A stretch of DNA of 64,000 nucleotides from Amoebidium appalachense. Its lineage: Eukaryota > Protista > Ichthyosporea. A model generated the notes under the pieces. The model made no database searches. It was not told the DNA's origin and saw nothing but the letters and a program-made list of their open reading frames with translations. Each line of letters starts with the position of its first letter. Within the stretch, counting starts at the first letter, position 1. The stretch spans positions 11,836,328-11,900,327 of the forward strand of contig CAVNZM010000002.1 of the NCBI GenBank assembly GCA_963693365.1, read 5' to 3'. Positions 13,865-27,597 of this stretch are shown piece by piece. A program made the translations under genes and the position numbers.

Positions 13865-13931
13865 TAAAGGCTCCTAAATATTTTCTCTCGTTGAATAAAT
13901 CCAGTCAAAAGAAAATATTTAGGAGCCTTTA
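13865..13931. repeat. Perfect 22-bp inverted repeat (67-bp mini-element)
   Basis: TAAAGGCTCCTAAATATTTTCT (13865-13886) ... AGAAAATATTTAGGAGCCTTTA (13910-13931). Confidence 0.8.
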
Positions 13932-15289
13932 AGATATTTTCAAATGATATTCAGGGGTTTTGCCGGGATATTTTTCGATATTCAGGGCAACATGGGATAT
14001 TTTCGTGATATATCCCGGATGATATTCAGGGCAAAAAACGGGATATTTTTGCAAGGGCCTACATAATGAGGGTCGGGACTCGGGGGAAGGGAATCCGGAT
14101 AATACCTCCGATGATGACCAATAAGAAAGCGGCAGCTCCAGAATTCAAAATGTACCAATCAAATTCACAGTTGCCGAAGCGCGGTAAAACTATTTTTGTT
14201 TATCTCAGCACAGGTCAAAGGACTCCGCAAAACCTTTTGGTAAATGTATAAAACCTGTTTTCCGGAAATAAAGGCTTATCATTCTATAACATATAGAAGC
14301 AAAACATATGGATCTAGTGCCGTTATAATACCACATGTTTATGCTTTTGGACCAGAATTTGTATTCACTCAATATGATACTGCAAGTCTGCAAATCGTAG
14401 TCTGTTAGATGGATTTGCCCCCCTCCAGATTTACTTCTGAGAAGCCCTACAATCACGTCTACCGATCTTATGTTGTGTGCGCAGTTGTTGTATTTGTAAC
14501 CAGATGATTGCATAACACACGTGACTGTTCAGTCTAACTAGCTGTGCATTACTACTCACACGGGGCACAAATACAACTTATTATTAGGGAGACGGATTGT
14601 TGTAACACACACCAGGGGCATTTGCACTTTTGCAGCGACAAATCGCAGCTAAGAGCGTGTTATTGGCAACGGCAGGGTGAGCAACGCAGACAGCCTTGGC
14701 CTCTGGATAATACAAGTGTTCACACACACACAGAGAGACACGGCCATGTATGCCGGGCAGAATATCAAGACTTAGAAACCCATGGAATCGAACTACAGCG
14801 CATACCTACACCACATTATATAACAGTCACAGTGGTAGTGGTTCGTATTCGCACCATATGGATGACTTCCGTGGCCGCGTCGAAGTTTTCCGAAGGCCGC
14901 GGCAGCACGTACATGATTTGCCCTTGTCTCTGGACCCCACCCACCTGCATCATATAAGGCCATGTGTCAGAAGTTATCATTATCCAGGGTAGGCTAACGA
15001 CTCCAGTTGCTTTTGTAGCTATATATGGTTTGCCCAGTGTGCCTATTCCACCCCATGGCCACGATTAGTCGTCCATCGCGTGGCACGGAAATAGTAAGGC
15101 ACTGCGACGATACTGAGCTGGGGCAACCATCACATGCAAGGCCTTATGCTTCGTTCCATCCGATTAGACAATGGGGCACTCGGAAAATCACTAGGGATTA
15201 AGTATAAGTCCAACTACACGCTCTATACATACTATTAGGTATATCTGAACTGCAACCAACCACACCAGTATCAATTTGCGTGGCGAAAC

Positions 15290-15910
15290 ATGGTCGCCAT
15301 CACTCGGAAACTCGGCGAACTCGCCGGTTTTTCATCGAGCAAGACAACTGCAAAGCAGCAACGATTCGATGCTTCCCTGACGCCAACGGATGCACTTAGC
15401 AGAACTCGGTCCAGTGGGGAACCGCAACCAAGTACGGCACGACCAAGCACAGACAGTACTAGCAGAAGCGTAAAATCGAAAGATGTCGTCATGGGCGGGG
15501 TAAAAGGGGGAGTTGATATTAACCCTTCCCCGTTAAAGATCACCTACCAGTTCGATATGTTCTTCCGCGTGCCGATCCTGCGTATGGCGATGGACGATGC
15601 AGGCGCGAAGAGGTATGTCTGTGTGGGATATAACGTCATCCATTTCTGGGGGGTCCATTGCATACGGCAAATCGAAACCCGTGCCGGAAAACAGCCCCGC
15701 TGCCTTCTACTTTTCCGTGAAAATGACCGGGCAGAGATGGAAAAATCGAACCTGAAAACCGCGGATCTCGTAAGGTATCGAAAATTGCGGATCTCGAGAG
15801 GCGATTTCGAGCTGGCGTGGGAGAGGTACAATCTCGAAATCAAGTACGTCCCGAGCACTCTTTTTGGCCGCAGGCAATCTTTAACGCTCTCCAGAAGGAC
15901 CAATGTTTAA
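15290..15910 (+). CDS. Intronless orphan ORF, 206 aa (Ser/Thr-rich N-terminus plus a globular-looking segment)
   Basis: ATG-initiated non-repetitive ORF; overlaps the next ORF by 8 nt; no confident family. Confidence 0.45.
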   Translation: MVAITRKLGELAGFSSSKTTAKQQRFDASLTPTDALSRTRSSGEPQPSTARPSTDSTSRSVKSKDVVMGGVKGGVDINPSPLKITYQFDMFFRVPILRMAMDDAGAKRYVCVGYNVIHFWGVHCIRQIETRAGKQPRCLLLFRENDRAEMEKSNLKTADLVRYRKLRISRGDFELAWERYNLEIKYVPSTLFGRRQSLTLSRRTNV

Positions 15911-16433
15911 AGAAACCACCACTCCCGAGGGGCTCGCGGCCATGCAGGGGTCCCTCCAGGCCGTATTTGGGCGGCAAGCGAGCGTCGACAGCGCCAAATC
16001 GGGAAATAGTGACGGGTCGGAATGGTCCTCACGGTCCGGGTCGACAATTTTCTCCATCGAGGAGGCGGAGGAACCGAAAGACGACGACTGCAAGCGACCC
16101 CTGCAGTCGACCAATCAAACGCCGCCGAACAGCAGCCCAAATTTACCTTATTTGGACGGTCCTAGAAGCGACAGCAGCCTGTTAAGGGGGGCCGGTGAAG
16201 GTTTGGTGTTTAAGGGTGCGGGCAGTAAGCTGAGCCAATCGAAATTAGCAAATTTACAACCAATGGTACGGGGGCAAGCCGAAACGCACCAATCGGCTTC
16301 CGAAGATTCGAATACTGCAAGGATCTTATATATGACCTCCTCAAATTCCGATCGCGATGGTTGCGTGGTCAACGATGTGTTGCCGGTGGTGTTTGAACGC
16401 TCTAACCAGAAGCAAGCGTTTGCGGGAGTTTGA
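15903..16433 (+). CDS. Intronless Ser-rich orphan ORF, 176 aa; possibly the +1-frame continuation of 15290-15910
   Basis: ATG at 15903 lies inside the end of the upstream ORF (AATGTTTAA); low-complexity but non-microsatellite sequence. Confidence 0.4.
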   Translation: MFKETTTPEGLAAMQGSLQAVFGRQASVDSAKSGNSDGSEWSSRSGSTIFSIEEAEEPKDDDCKRPLQSTNQTPPNSSPNLPYLDGPRSDSSLLRGAGEGLVFKGAGSKLSQSKLANLQPMVRGQAETHQSASEDSNTARILYMTSSNSDRDGCVVNDVLPVVFERSNQKQAFAGV

Positions 16434-16508
16434 AATCCATCGATCATACGGCACGATACGATGCTACAAGTCCCCTCCCCACCCCCTCCCCCAGCTGCAC
16501 ACACACGC

Positions 16509-16577
<69 letters not shown>

Positions 16578-16578
16578 G

Positions 16579-16636
<58 letters not shown>

Positions 16637-16785
16637 CAAAGGTTCCCTGAATACATGCATGGTATACACATAACCACATATATTAACAGGGGCAAAACGG
16701 GTACACATACATTAAAGGAAAAACTCATGTACACAAGCCCAATATCCAATGAAGTATCTAGCTTAATGATTGGAGGACGTATATC

Positions 16786-17205
16786 CCTTTACCTGTGGCT
16801 ATCTATCATGTGTAAATAGTAAAATAATATCACAGTGTCCTTTCCCTGCCAGTGTCTATCCGATCTCTTAATATCACTTGTAGCCTGTGTCTTTCCGTCT
16901 TTTGTGTAAATAAGTTATGATAATTAATTTCGCTCTTTGCCTCTGCCTATCTAACTTTTGTGTAAATACGGTATATTAAATTTCACTCTTCGCCTGTGTC
17001 TATCCAACGTTTGTGTAAATAGTTACGATCAATTTCAGTCCTTGCCTCAGTGTGTATATCTAACTATTGTATAAATAGTATATCATATAAATTCACTCTT
17101 TGCCTGTGTCTACTCCATCTTTTTGTGTAAATCATAGTATCATAATGATTTACCCTTTGCCTGTACATATCTATCCTTTTTACGGTGTAAATAGTCTATT
17201 AATTT
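16786..17205. repeat. Degenerate minisatellite, about 8 units of about 55 nt
   Basis: Consensus near TTTGCCTGTGTCTATC(N)TTTTGTGTAAATAGT(N)AATTTCACTC. Confidence 0.8.
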
Positions 17206-17857
17206 CATTTTCTTGAAAGTTAGTAGCATGCATTTGAAACCAGTAGCCTTGGGCTATCGCGGCCTGCGGCCCGGCATGAATTACTAATATGAGCCCTGAT
17301 TATTCGATAAGTTATTAGATTATGATTCCTTTATTAGGTTGGGTGATACAGTTTTAGATTAGTAAAATCAACATGCACTGGTGCAAATCAATAGCAATTA
17401 CTAGGCTCCAAGTGTATGTCCGAATATGTGAGATTCCAAACTCGATATTATGAATTTGCTTCTCATCTGTCCAAGTATTGATGGGTGGATAGATGTATAT
17501 AACCCTCCACTGAAAACACGCTGGCCTAGGCATGCGCAGTTATGTGACTAAGAACTACTAATGATTTAGCCGGGCTACCCTCTGTTATTGAGAACGTAAA
17601 TATACCCGTGCCTCCAATAGGCAGGCACTACATTCAAAAATTCCGTCTAGCAGCAGCAGCAAACAGAAACATCACGAAAAAACAATTCCTTAATAATGGC
17701 CCGGGCTGTTTATACTACTACTAATTAGCAATAATCGAACCAAATGTGATACATAATGATTATAGATAGGATTTTCACCCCAAGTCATTGTGGACCTGTA
17801 TACCGATGGGTACTGTTGGGTATGTGTGTATGTGTGTGACACTGTGTCTGTGTGTGT

Positions 17858-17918
<61 letters not shown>

Positions 17919-18613
17919 CGCGCGCGCGGGGAGGGAGGTGAAGTTGTGGGTGGTGGGTGTGTGTACGAGGGTTTGGTCGTGGGGCGCGGGTCCCATCATG
18001 TGGCGTCATGTGGGGGAAGGCCTTGGGGTGTGAGTGTGTGTGTGTGGGGGGGGGGGGGGGGGGAAGGAGAGGGGGGGGGGGGGGGGGGGGGTATTTGTGT
18101 AAGTGTGTGTGTCTGTGTATGTGTGTGTGTGTGTGTGTTCAGGGGGGGGGGAGGGGGGGATGTGTGTAAGTGTGTGTGTCTGTGTGTGTGTGTGTGTGTG
18201 TACGTGTGCGTTTGTGTGTGTGTGTGGGGGGGGGGGGAGGGGGTGGGGGAGGGGGGAGGGGGGGGGGGGGGGGGGGGGGGGAGGGGGGGGAGGGGGTGGG
18301 TGAATGGGGGAGGCTTTAAGAGCACGGCAGAAACGGAAAAGGGAGGAAAGGCTTGCATCAAAGATCGAGAGAGGAAGCATGTGTGAAAACACGAGTCAAA
18401 GCTGGGAGCCGCCGAGTCATGATAGATAGGAGTAGTCAAGGGAATGGTTATGGACTCGAACCGGTCGAGATTTAGGGCCAGAGAGTGCAGAATGGAAACG
18501 GGAGTGTGTGTGTGTGTGTGTATGTGTGTGTGTGTGTGTGTGCGTGTGTCTGTGTGTTTGTCTGTGTGTTTGTCTGTGTGTTTGTCTGTGTGTGTGTCTG
18601 TCTGTCTCTCTCT

Positions 18614-18682
<69 letters not shown>

Positions 18683-19950
18683 TGTGTGTATGTGTGTATA
18701 TGTGTATGTGTGTGGTTGGATGGGGGGTGGAAGCGGGTGGGTGGGTGTCGGGTGCGGATTGTGGGGAGGGGGGGAAAGGGGGAAGGGGGGGAGGGGGGGA
18801 CGGGAAGGGATGCTGCACAAGGCATTGCCAGCCAGGATCCAAGGTAACAGTTTACCACCACAAGACACTGCACAATATTGTATATCTGACCGTTTGAAGT
18901 TGCTTTTTGGCTAACGTGCTAACGTGACCAATTATTAAATAGTATCCCCCTCCCAACCCCCCCCCCCCCTCTCCCCCCCCCCTCCCCCCCCCCCCCCCCC
19001 CCCCCCCCACACACACACACCTTCTTATCCCCATCCCCACCTCCTCGTCCGCATACCTCGTCCAAGCATCCGTCCCCTCACCCTCCCCGGTGCCAACAAC
19101 CACGACACACATACCAAACCTTCTTTTTTAGGGTTCCCGGATCCACTTTTTTGTACCCCGGCGAGGCTCCGCCCCTCCCCCACCTACCCAACCCCTCATC
19201 AACCCTCCCCCCCCCCCCCCCCCCCCCCCCCCATCACCCCCTCACCCCTCACCCCTCCCTACCACCACCACCATGCCCGCACCTGCCCCACACCCATCGC
19301 GGAGAAACCATTAGATCCCCCCAACCCCCCCATCCTTCCCCCCGCCTCCTTTTCCTCCCCCCTCCCCCCCCCCCTCCCCCCCCTCCCCCCTCCCTCTCCC
19401 GCCCCCTCCCACCCCAACCTCTTGCTTCTCTTACCCGCCTGGCTCCAGACTCCTTCCCCCTCTCTTCCTGCACAGCACTGCACGACTTCATGAACCCCCC
19501 CCCCCCCCCCCCCCCCCCCCCCAACCACCCTACCCCCTCCCTCCCCTCCCTCTCCCCTCTCTCCCCCCCCCCCCATCTCCCACCTTCCCACCTGAACGAG
19601 CGGGCCAAACCATCCATTAATAGTAATCTGTATGCCTATATTGGGTATCAAAACGTGAGACGAATATACTCAAGATGACACATTCGTGATTTTTTTCCAT
19701 TTGCACGTATCTCGCTGAAATATTAGGTCGGCCACACGTGTGCATGTGCGTGTGTGTGTGTGTGGGAGGGGGGGAGGGAGGGGGAGGTGGGGTAAGTGGG
19801 AAGGTTGGGGAGGGGGAGGACAGAGGGACAGATATAATACACTTCCAAATATGGCAAAATGAGTAGGAGCATCCCCCCTCTTCACCTTCCACACCTATCC
19901 GGACAAGGGCTAGTAAAACAACTCAAAAAGGACCGTGCAACCGATGCAGC

Positions 19951-19982
<32 letters not shown>

Positions 19983-20428
19983 CCCCCTCGAGCTTTGGAA
20001 TCCAAGTGTATGGCATCACCGTGTGCATCACCTGATCCTTTTTCTCCACCATGCTAAGAACAGCTCCTTCCCATAATTCGAACCCCCCCCCCCCCCCTCC
20101 CCCCCCCCCCTTTCCCCCCTCCCCACCTCCCCCTCCCTCCCGCCCCGCCCGCCAGTCCTTCCCCCTCCCTCCCTCCCCGCCCGCCCGCCCGTCCGCCTGC
20201 CTGCCCGCCTGCCTGCCCGCCCGCCCGCCCTTTCCCCTACATAACCAAAGGCTTTACCAAAGACATGTTACTTTGATGTCTCAGGGTTGGTGTGTGTGTG
20301 TTTGTGTGGGTGGGGGGGTTGGGGGTGGGGGAGGGGGGTGCTATTAGATTGTCTGTGATCGGCAACAATGATAGCTTCGGGGTCTTTTTGTCTGCCCACT
20401 GGCAAGACAGGTTGAATTTGTGACTATC

Positions 20429-20479
<51 letters not shown>

Positions 20480-20993
20480 TTCCCCCCCCCCCCCCCCCCT
20501 TCCCCCCTCCACACCAAATCCCTATTCCTCCACCCTACCTCCTTCGCCTCCATCCCTTCTCCCCCCAACTTCCCCCCCAATCCCTCCCCGCTCCCCCCTC
20601 CCCTCTCCCCCCCCCCCAATCCCCCCTCCTCCCCCCCCCCCCTTCCACCCCCCCCCCCCCCCCCCCCATTCCCCCGACTAATGTCTTCACTGACTGCTCT
20701 TTCCCTAGCTAGATTCTTACCCAATTAAACTACCCCCCTCGCCCCCCTCCCCCCCCCCCCCTCCGGGGGGGTCCGCACGCCCGACATTTGTTAGCGGTTG
20801 TAAGTGAGACTATTAGATCTTTTGGGGGGGAGGGGGGGGGGGGGGGAGAAGCTGGGGGGAGAGAGGGGAGGGGGGGGGAGAAAAGAACTCCCCTCGGCCT
20901 TTGCACCCTCCCCCAAGAGGCCGGATAGGGTTTGTCTCAGGGAAGGGATGTAAGCAACGTGTGCGTTTGTGAGCGTGTGTGTGTGTGTGTGTT

Positions 20994-21029
<36 letters not shown>

Positions 21030-21721
21030 GAGAAGAGGGGATCTCCTTTGTTGCTCACTTTGAGCCTTCCCACTCCCCCCTCCCCCTCCCCCCTCCCCCG
21101 CCTCCACCATCCCTCCCTCCCCAATCCCCCACCTCCCCCCCCCCCCCCCCCCCCCCTTGACCCACCCACGCGGTAAGCACCTCCAAAAAGGGACCAAAAC
21201 AAAACTACTGCACCTATGTTAATAGCCCGACACGCCAACCCACCCACCTACGTATCCGCTCACAACAGAGGCCCCGGGGCTGTTCTTCACTACACACATC
21301 GATGCATCACACACCTCTAATGTAAATTGAAAATAAATAACCAGGATTTTTTTTTCGTGAAAAGGGCCGGGGGAGGGGGGGGGTGGGCTAGGGCGGGTAG
21401 GTGGATGGTGGTGGTGGTGTTGGCGGTGGTGGCGGTGGTTGGGGGGGGGGGGGGGGGGGGGGGGGGGAAGAGGGGTGGGAGAGGGGGGGGGGGGGGAGGG
21501 GGGGGGGGGGGAGGGGGCGAAGGGAAAGGAATTGCATGTTTCACTTACGGTAGAACGATCACAGCAGGCTAGCTGGGGGAATTCATCATATCAATTATCA
21601 TCAGTGCTCAAGTGTTGCAGGAGAAAGCGAGATGACAAGCAGATACTGACAACTGCAAAAACAGGCATTTCAGTTGTTGAACAAGTCACCGGTGAACCGG
21701 TTGTATTGGTTAAACAGTGGT

Positions 21722-21862
<141 letters not shown>

Positions 21863-22097
21863 TGGGGGGGGAAGGGGGGGAGGGAAGGCGGGATTGAGGG
21901 GAGGAGGGGGGGCGGGGGGAGCGGGAGGGGGCGGGCTCTCTGATTATGGCTCAAAGGACCGTATGGATGGCATTTGGCGATATCATATAGTACAGAAAGG
22001 TAACTTGGCTGCAATGCACCGCCACACCGTGCTAAAAAATAAACACTGTGAGGTTTGTGTTGTCATAGGGGGTTCCGCTTTTTTATATGTGGCGAGA

Positions 22098-22128
<31 letters not shown>

Positions 22129-23649
22129 AGGGGGGGAGGGGGCGGGGGGAGGGGGGGGGCGGGAGGGGAAGGGGGAGGGGGAGGGAGGGAGGGGAAGGGG
22201 GGGGGGGGGGGGGGAAGGGTTCATATGCATCTTCGGTTTCTCTCATACGAGGAGATTCCGTCTTCAGAAACCGCTTTTTTTGTGTGTGTGCTTTGGGGGG
22301 GGGGGGGGGGGGGGAGGGGGGGAGGGGGGGGGGGGGCGGAGGGGGGGGGGAGGGGGGGAGGGGGGAGGGGGGGGTGACGCATGTGGAGTATCGGATGTGA
22401 GGCAGGCACCAAGGCCAACAGCACCATATCTAGATAACATAGTTACGAGATAGTATCGCATACATCGTGTGTGGAGATATTCGTTTCCACCCTCTTTCCC
22501 CCCCCCCCATTTTCCCCAATTCTTGTTATCGATGTGTGTGTGTGCAGCATGATAAAAATTCTCATGTGCAGATTTTTTTTGCAGTCCGAGAACATAATCC
22601 ACTTTTTTTTACGAGCTAATCCATGTCATTATTTTTAACTGTATAAGCTCATTACTGAGTACAACTATATATTAGTTGATATGAAATCATGCCACTATAA
22701 CACACACTGTTCCCTCGTTAACCTGCAACGGTAACTGAACTGATGCACCCAACTAGCTAACACACTACTACTATGATCATTACTATTTATAACTACCTTA
22801 GTGCACACATAAGGTATCCCCACTACAATAACCCTATTCGTGGCTGAGGCATGCCATGACTCTGATTCCTTAGAGATTCAACTCGATATGATAAAACCAA
22901 ATTATGGAGTGGGTTCAAATCAAACATTACAAAGAGAAGAGACCATGTTATTTTGGTTCAGATTCTACCCAGTTTCTTTAAAAACTTTCAGGGGGACCCC
23001 AAGCACTCCCTAGCAAGTATTTCCATGCAAAAAAATAGCAGGGGCTCAAAGGCTTAAGGCGGGAAACCGACAGTACACAAAGTCAATAAGTAACTCAGAC
23101 GGTCACTGACACGTCTATAGTCCAGGATGTTAAATAGTAGCATGCTGGGACGGCAGAGTGGTGAAAGGGTGGAGGGGGGTTGGGGGGGGGGGGAGGGGGG
23201 GGGGGGCATTGAAAGTGGGCACTGGTTATTATTGTACTGATGTCACGGAGTAGAGGGAGTGAGCAGTATGACGAGTGGGATTGCAATGCCATTGCAAGTG
23301 TTACATCCGGGCCGTATAAGGAGAGGAGACCTCCTTGTGTCACATGTGTTTGTGTGTGCGTGTGTGTGTTGGGGGGGGGGGGGGGGGGGGGGGGAGGGGG
23401 GGGGGGGGGGGGGGAGGGGGGGATGGGGAGCAGGGGGGAGGTTAGAATCCACATATATCGGACCTCTAGCTATCTTAGCAACTTCAACGGCCCGGTGTAC
23501 CATATGTGTAGCTTGACACTGCAACAAGATACTATAATAGTCACGAATGATTGGATAAAGTACTAAGGTCTTTTGGACTTTGAAACGGGAGGAAGTTAGT
23601 AGTATATTGGGGGAGGAAGGGGTCCCTCACCATCACCAGACCGGTAGCC

Positions 23650-23693
<44 letters not shown>

Positions 23694-23995
23694 TTTGGGA
23701 CCCTTTGCTGGCAGGGGGAGAGGGGGAGGGAAGGTATCCGGGAGAGGACCGATTACCACCGATCGGGGGGGACCCACCCAATATTATACTATATATCATA
23801 TATTGGACACTGACTTGCAAAGAGGATTGCATTGGCAACCTCCGGGCTCTATCTCCATTAACTAATTATAAGTATAATAATTAATTATTAGTATCTACAT
23901 TTACCAGCCTCTCGGTGACCGCCACAGGCTGCTTACACTACTAAGCTAGCAAAGCATCCCTCCCCCTCCCCCCTCAGCCCCCCTCCGCACCCATC

Positions 23996-24032
<37 letters not shown>

Positions 24033-24245
24033 ACCCCAAAAAAAAAAAAACAAACACAAAAAAAGAAAAGAAAAAGAAAAAACACCAAGGGCCTGCTGCG
24101 GGGGTCAGGCCTCTCTACGCCCCTTGGGGTCTCATGGATGTAAATTGCGCACCCATGTACATTCAGTCAACTTGAAACATACCCACCGTACTGACACATA
24201 CACGCGCCGGCACGTACATAGCCACCACAAGTCGCACACACACCG

Positions 24246-24309
<64 letters not shown>

Positions 24310-24440
24310 ACACACGAACACACCGTGACGCACACACACACACACATGTTGTGCATGATAGCATTGTCCCAATTCTGAAGCGCTGGTCAAAACGAAGGGA
24401 AGAAGTCACTGTTGGTGATGGTGGTGGGCGTCGGGAGAGA

Positions 24441-24478
<38 letters not shown>

Positions 24479-24581
24479 GGGGGGGGGGGAGACGGGGAGG
24501 GAGGGGGGAGGGAGGCTAGCCTCCGATCGCAAGGGAGAGGTGCGCAGCTGGGAGGGAATCGTCGGATCCCCTGGGGTGAAT

Positions 24582-24613
<32 letters not shown>

Positions 24614-25360
24614 CTTGGGGAGGGGCGCACACCGGAAGGGGAGGGGGGAGGGGGGAGGGGGGAAGGGGGAGGCCATGGCCACCACGTGCATCCTTTTGAG
24701 CAGGTCCTCCCCTCCCCCCCCCAGCCTTAAAGGGGGAGGGGGGGGGGGGGGAAGGCCGGGAGCGACCACCATGCCCTCGATATATTACTGCCGGGGATCA
24801 TTGCACTTTATGGGCCGCTTTCTCCGGCCATTCAGGTGACACGACATGGACACCGTGGATATTATGATATGCAGATGCAGCACTCATGTAGTTTAAATAC
24901 ACCCGTATACTATGATTATAATATGATCTCAGCTACGTATACACGACCAGAACGAGGGAAAAAATAATGAAAAACTTTGAAAAAGGGAAGAGGCCTCAAA
25001 CGAATCACTAAGTCGGGGAGGTAGAACTAAGTGTGGGCGCACAGGTATTGGATTCAGATTTGACCATGCCATAATGTATGTAGATAGTCACCGTTGTTAA
25101 GAAGAAAGTCAATGATATCGATGGTGCCCCCCCCCCCCCCCCCCCCCCCCCCACGCCCCTCTCCCCTCTCCATCAATCCCCCCCCCCCCCCCCCCCCCCT
25201 TTGATTTTAAAAAAAGAACTAATAAAGGCTTAACGAGTGCTCGTGTCAACTTGATCATTAATGGATATGCAGACCATTGTTTAGGGTAGGTGGTTGGGTC
25301 CCCTCAGCAGGGTGGGTGCTCGAGGAGGCTGGTGGTGGTGGTGGTGGTGGTGGGGTGGGT

Positions 25361-25534
<174 letters not shown>

Positions 25535-25830
25535 CTTTTAACACACACACACACCACCACCGGTACCATTTAAAATTACTGCTACTAATACAGTACATGT
25601 CCCTGCACTTTACGTTCCGTTCAGTGTAGCTTGGCGCCGCAATTTCAGCCTATCTGAACTATAATGACCTGTCTGGCAGCCCCGTTTTTACTTTCACATG
25701 TACAGCTAGGTGTTGCTGAGTTGGCATCCCCTGGCCGTGACTGTGCGCACTAAGAAAAATAAAACTACAGGGGAGAAAAAAGGGGGAGAAGAGCCATCGG
25801 GGGGAAAGGGGGAGGGGAGGGGGGAGCTCC

Positions 25831-25883
<53 letters not shown>

Positions 25884-27597
25884 TGATTATATTCAATAAA
25901 CGAACAAACAAACCGTGACAGACGGTCACTCTTACAGTCGGGTCAAGTCGTGTACACGTGTCACCGTACGCGTACAGTGCGCGTGCTCATCATGGACAGC
26001 AAGTCATGCGGCTCCCGGAACCGAGGCCGCTCAAGATTGGCAGCTGATCGATGATAAGGAACAACTAAAAATAGTTGCTCTTTGCGAGGTGCCACTTCCT
26101 ACCTACGGGTGCACCATACAGCCAATTGCCAAGTCTAAAAATTTTCCGGATCCTGGCACACGGACGTACTAATAAAAACCCCTGAAGCTGCCAGTACTGT
26201 ACTGTGCTGTGCTGTGGGCTGAAATTTAAAATAGACAGCGCTATGATGTTTATTTTATGGCGAAGAGATATGTCAAGGTTTTACATATGCGTTCTCGCGC
26301 CCGGCTACCGTATACACATGCAATCTTCTGGTTTCAGGACAGAGTCACTTCAAGCAGCTGTGAAACTCGAGGCCGCGTCGTCACTTCTCAGACCTGGTCA
26401 CTGTAGTCTCCAAGCTTAGCTACATGTACCCGCTGGCTTATGCGATAGGAGCCCCTACGGTACGTTCGCAGGGGATGATCATATCATGATCGCATGCCAC
26501 GGTGCACACCGTGTCACACGGTGTGTGTGTCGAGTTTATCATTAACCCCATATTAGTAAGTAGCTTGTGCCAACAAATAGGGAAGGTTGATGACATATCT
26601 AACATGTTGTAATTGGCGTGGTGGGGGGTGTAAGCCTACCTTTCTCGTCTACACCTACTACTAAAAATAAAATTTGAATACAAATGATTTTACTAAATTA
26701 CCAGCTCTGCCCGTACAGCACTGCGGCGGACGCGTGCGCAGGGGCTGGGTTAATTGTTACGGCAGCAATTCAAAATGGTTCGCATTGTGTTAAAGTATAC
26801 TAATATCATGAATAGTAACGCCTGATAATATGACCAGTTTACAAAGCGAAAAGAACACTTATTTTTCCATGCAATTGCAACACTTATCCCACACTACAAT
26901 AACACATACAATGCTTGTAAAGCATGTTTACAAGTCACCCCATGCACACACGTGGATGTGGAGCTTTGCTAGCCAATAGGAATTCCGAGCTGGTGTTCTA
27001 CAACAAATTGGTTGGATGAGTTATTGCCCGGCCGAGGGCCTTTTTCATTGGTTCAAATATTTTCATGCGCCCCCCTGAAATTAAGTGATCGCTCCAAGGC
27101 AACTGATTGGCTAGACGACAAATAGTAAAGCCAATCAAATGCAATAGTGAATATTGACATGATCACAGGAATGCGACGCAATCTCTGCAATATTTGCACA
27201 ATCATTTGAAATTTTGCAGCCGCATGCCGCAACTTTCAGCAAATGTTTCTTGTGATTTTAAATAGCGCAATGTCAACACTGAGACAAAATAGATACCAAT
27301 AATCCTCCGATTTTTATTTAGGCCATTAATTTTCCTTTTACGCTCATTGCTAGCAATGTCTTAGCCGAGATCCTGTGTCAATTGCAAGCTGGAGGCTGAC
27401 AGTGATAAAAGCCGGCTAAGTGGGCAAATCACTGACCATTTGTGACTATACAAATAAAAAGCACTAGCCTATACATATTCTTTTTGCCTGCAGCTATATT
27501 ATAACGAAGTCTGCAATGTGGAGGTGTCATAACAAAAACAAAAGCCCCCGATAGTAGACGGAAGCTATAGGCTGCAGCCTGGCAGGCCGTCACTGAC

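Larger units (their letters stand above)
13176..14061. mobile_element. Non-autonomous hAT-like element, copy A
   Basis: TIRs TAGGCCCCTGCAAAAAAATCCCG and revcomp TAGGCCCTTGCAAAAATATCCCG; about 7 same-orientation GATATTCAGGG subterminal repeats; related to 27598-28954. TSD degenerate (CATGGAGT vs CATAATGA). Confidence 0.75.

Noticed and set aside
15540-15910. Ty3/gypsy RNase H assignment for the orphan ORF
   Set aside because: Only a short C-terminal resemblance; no catalytic residues, RT, integrase or LTRs nearby.
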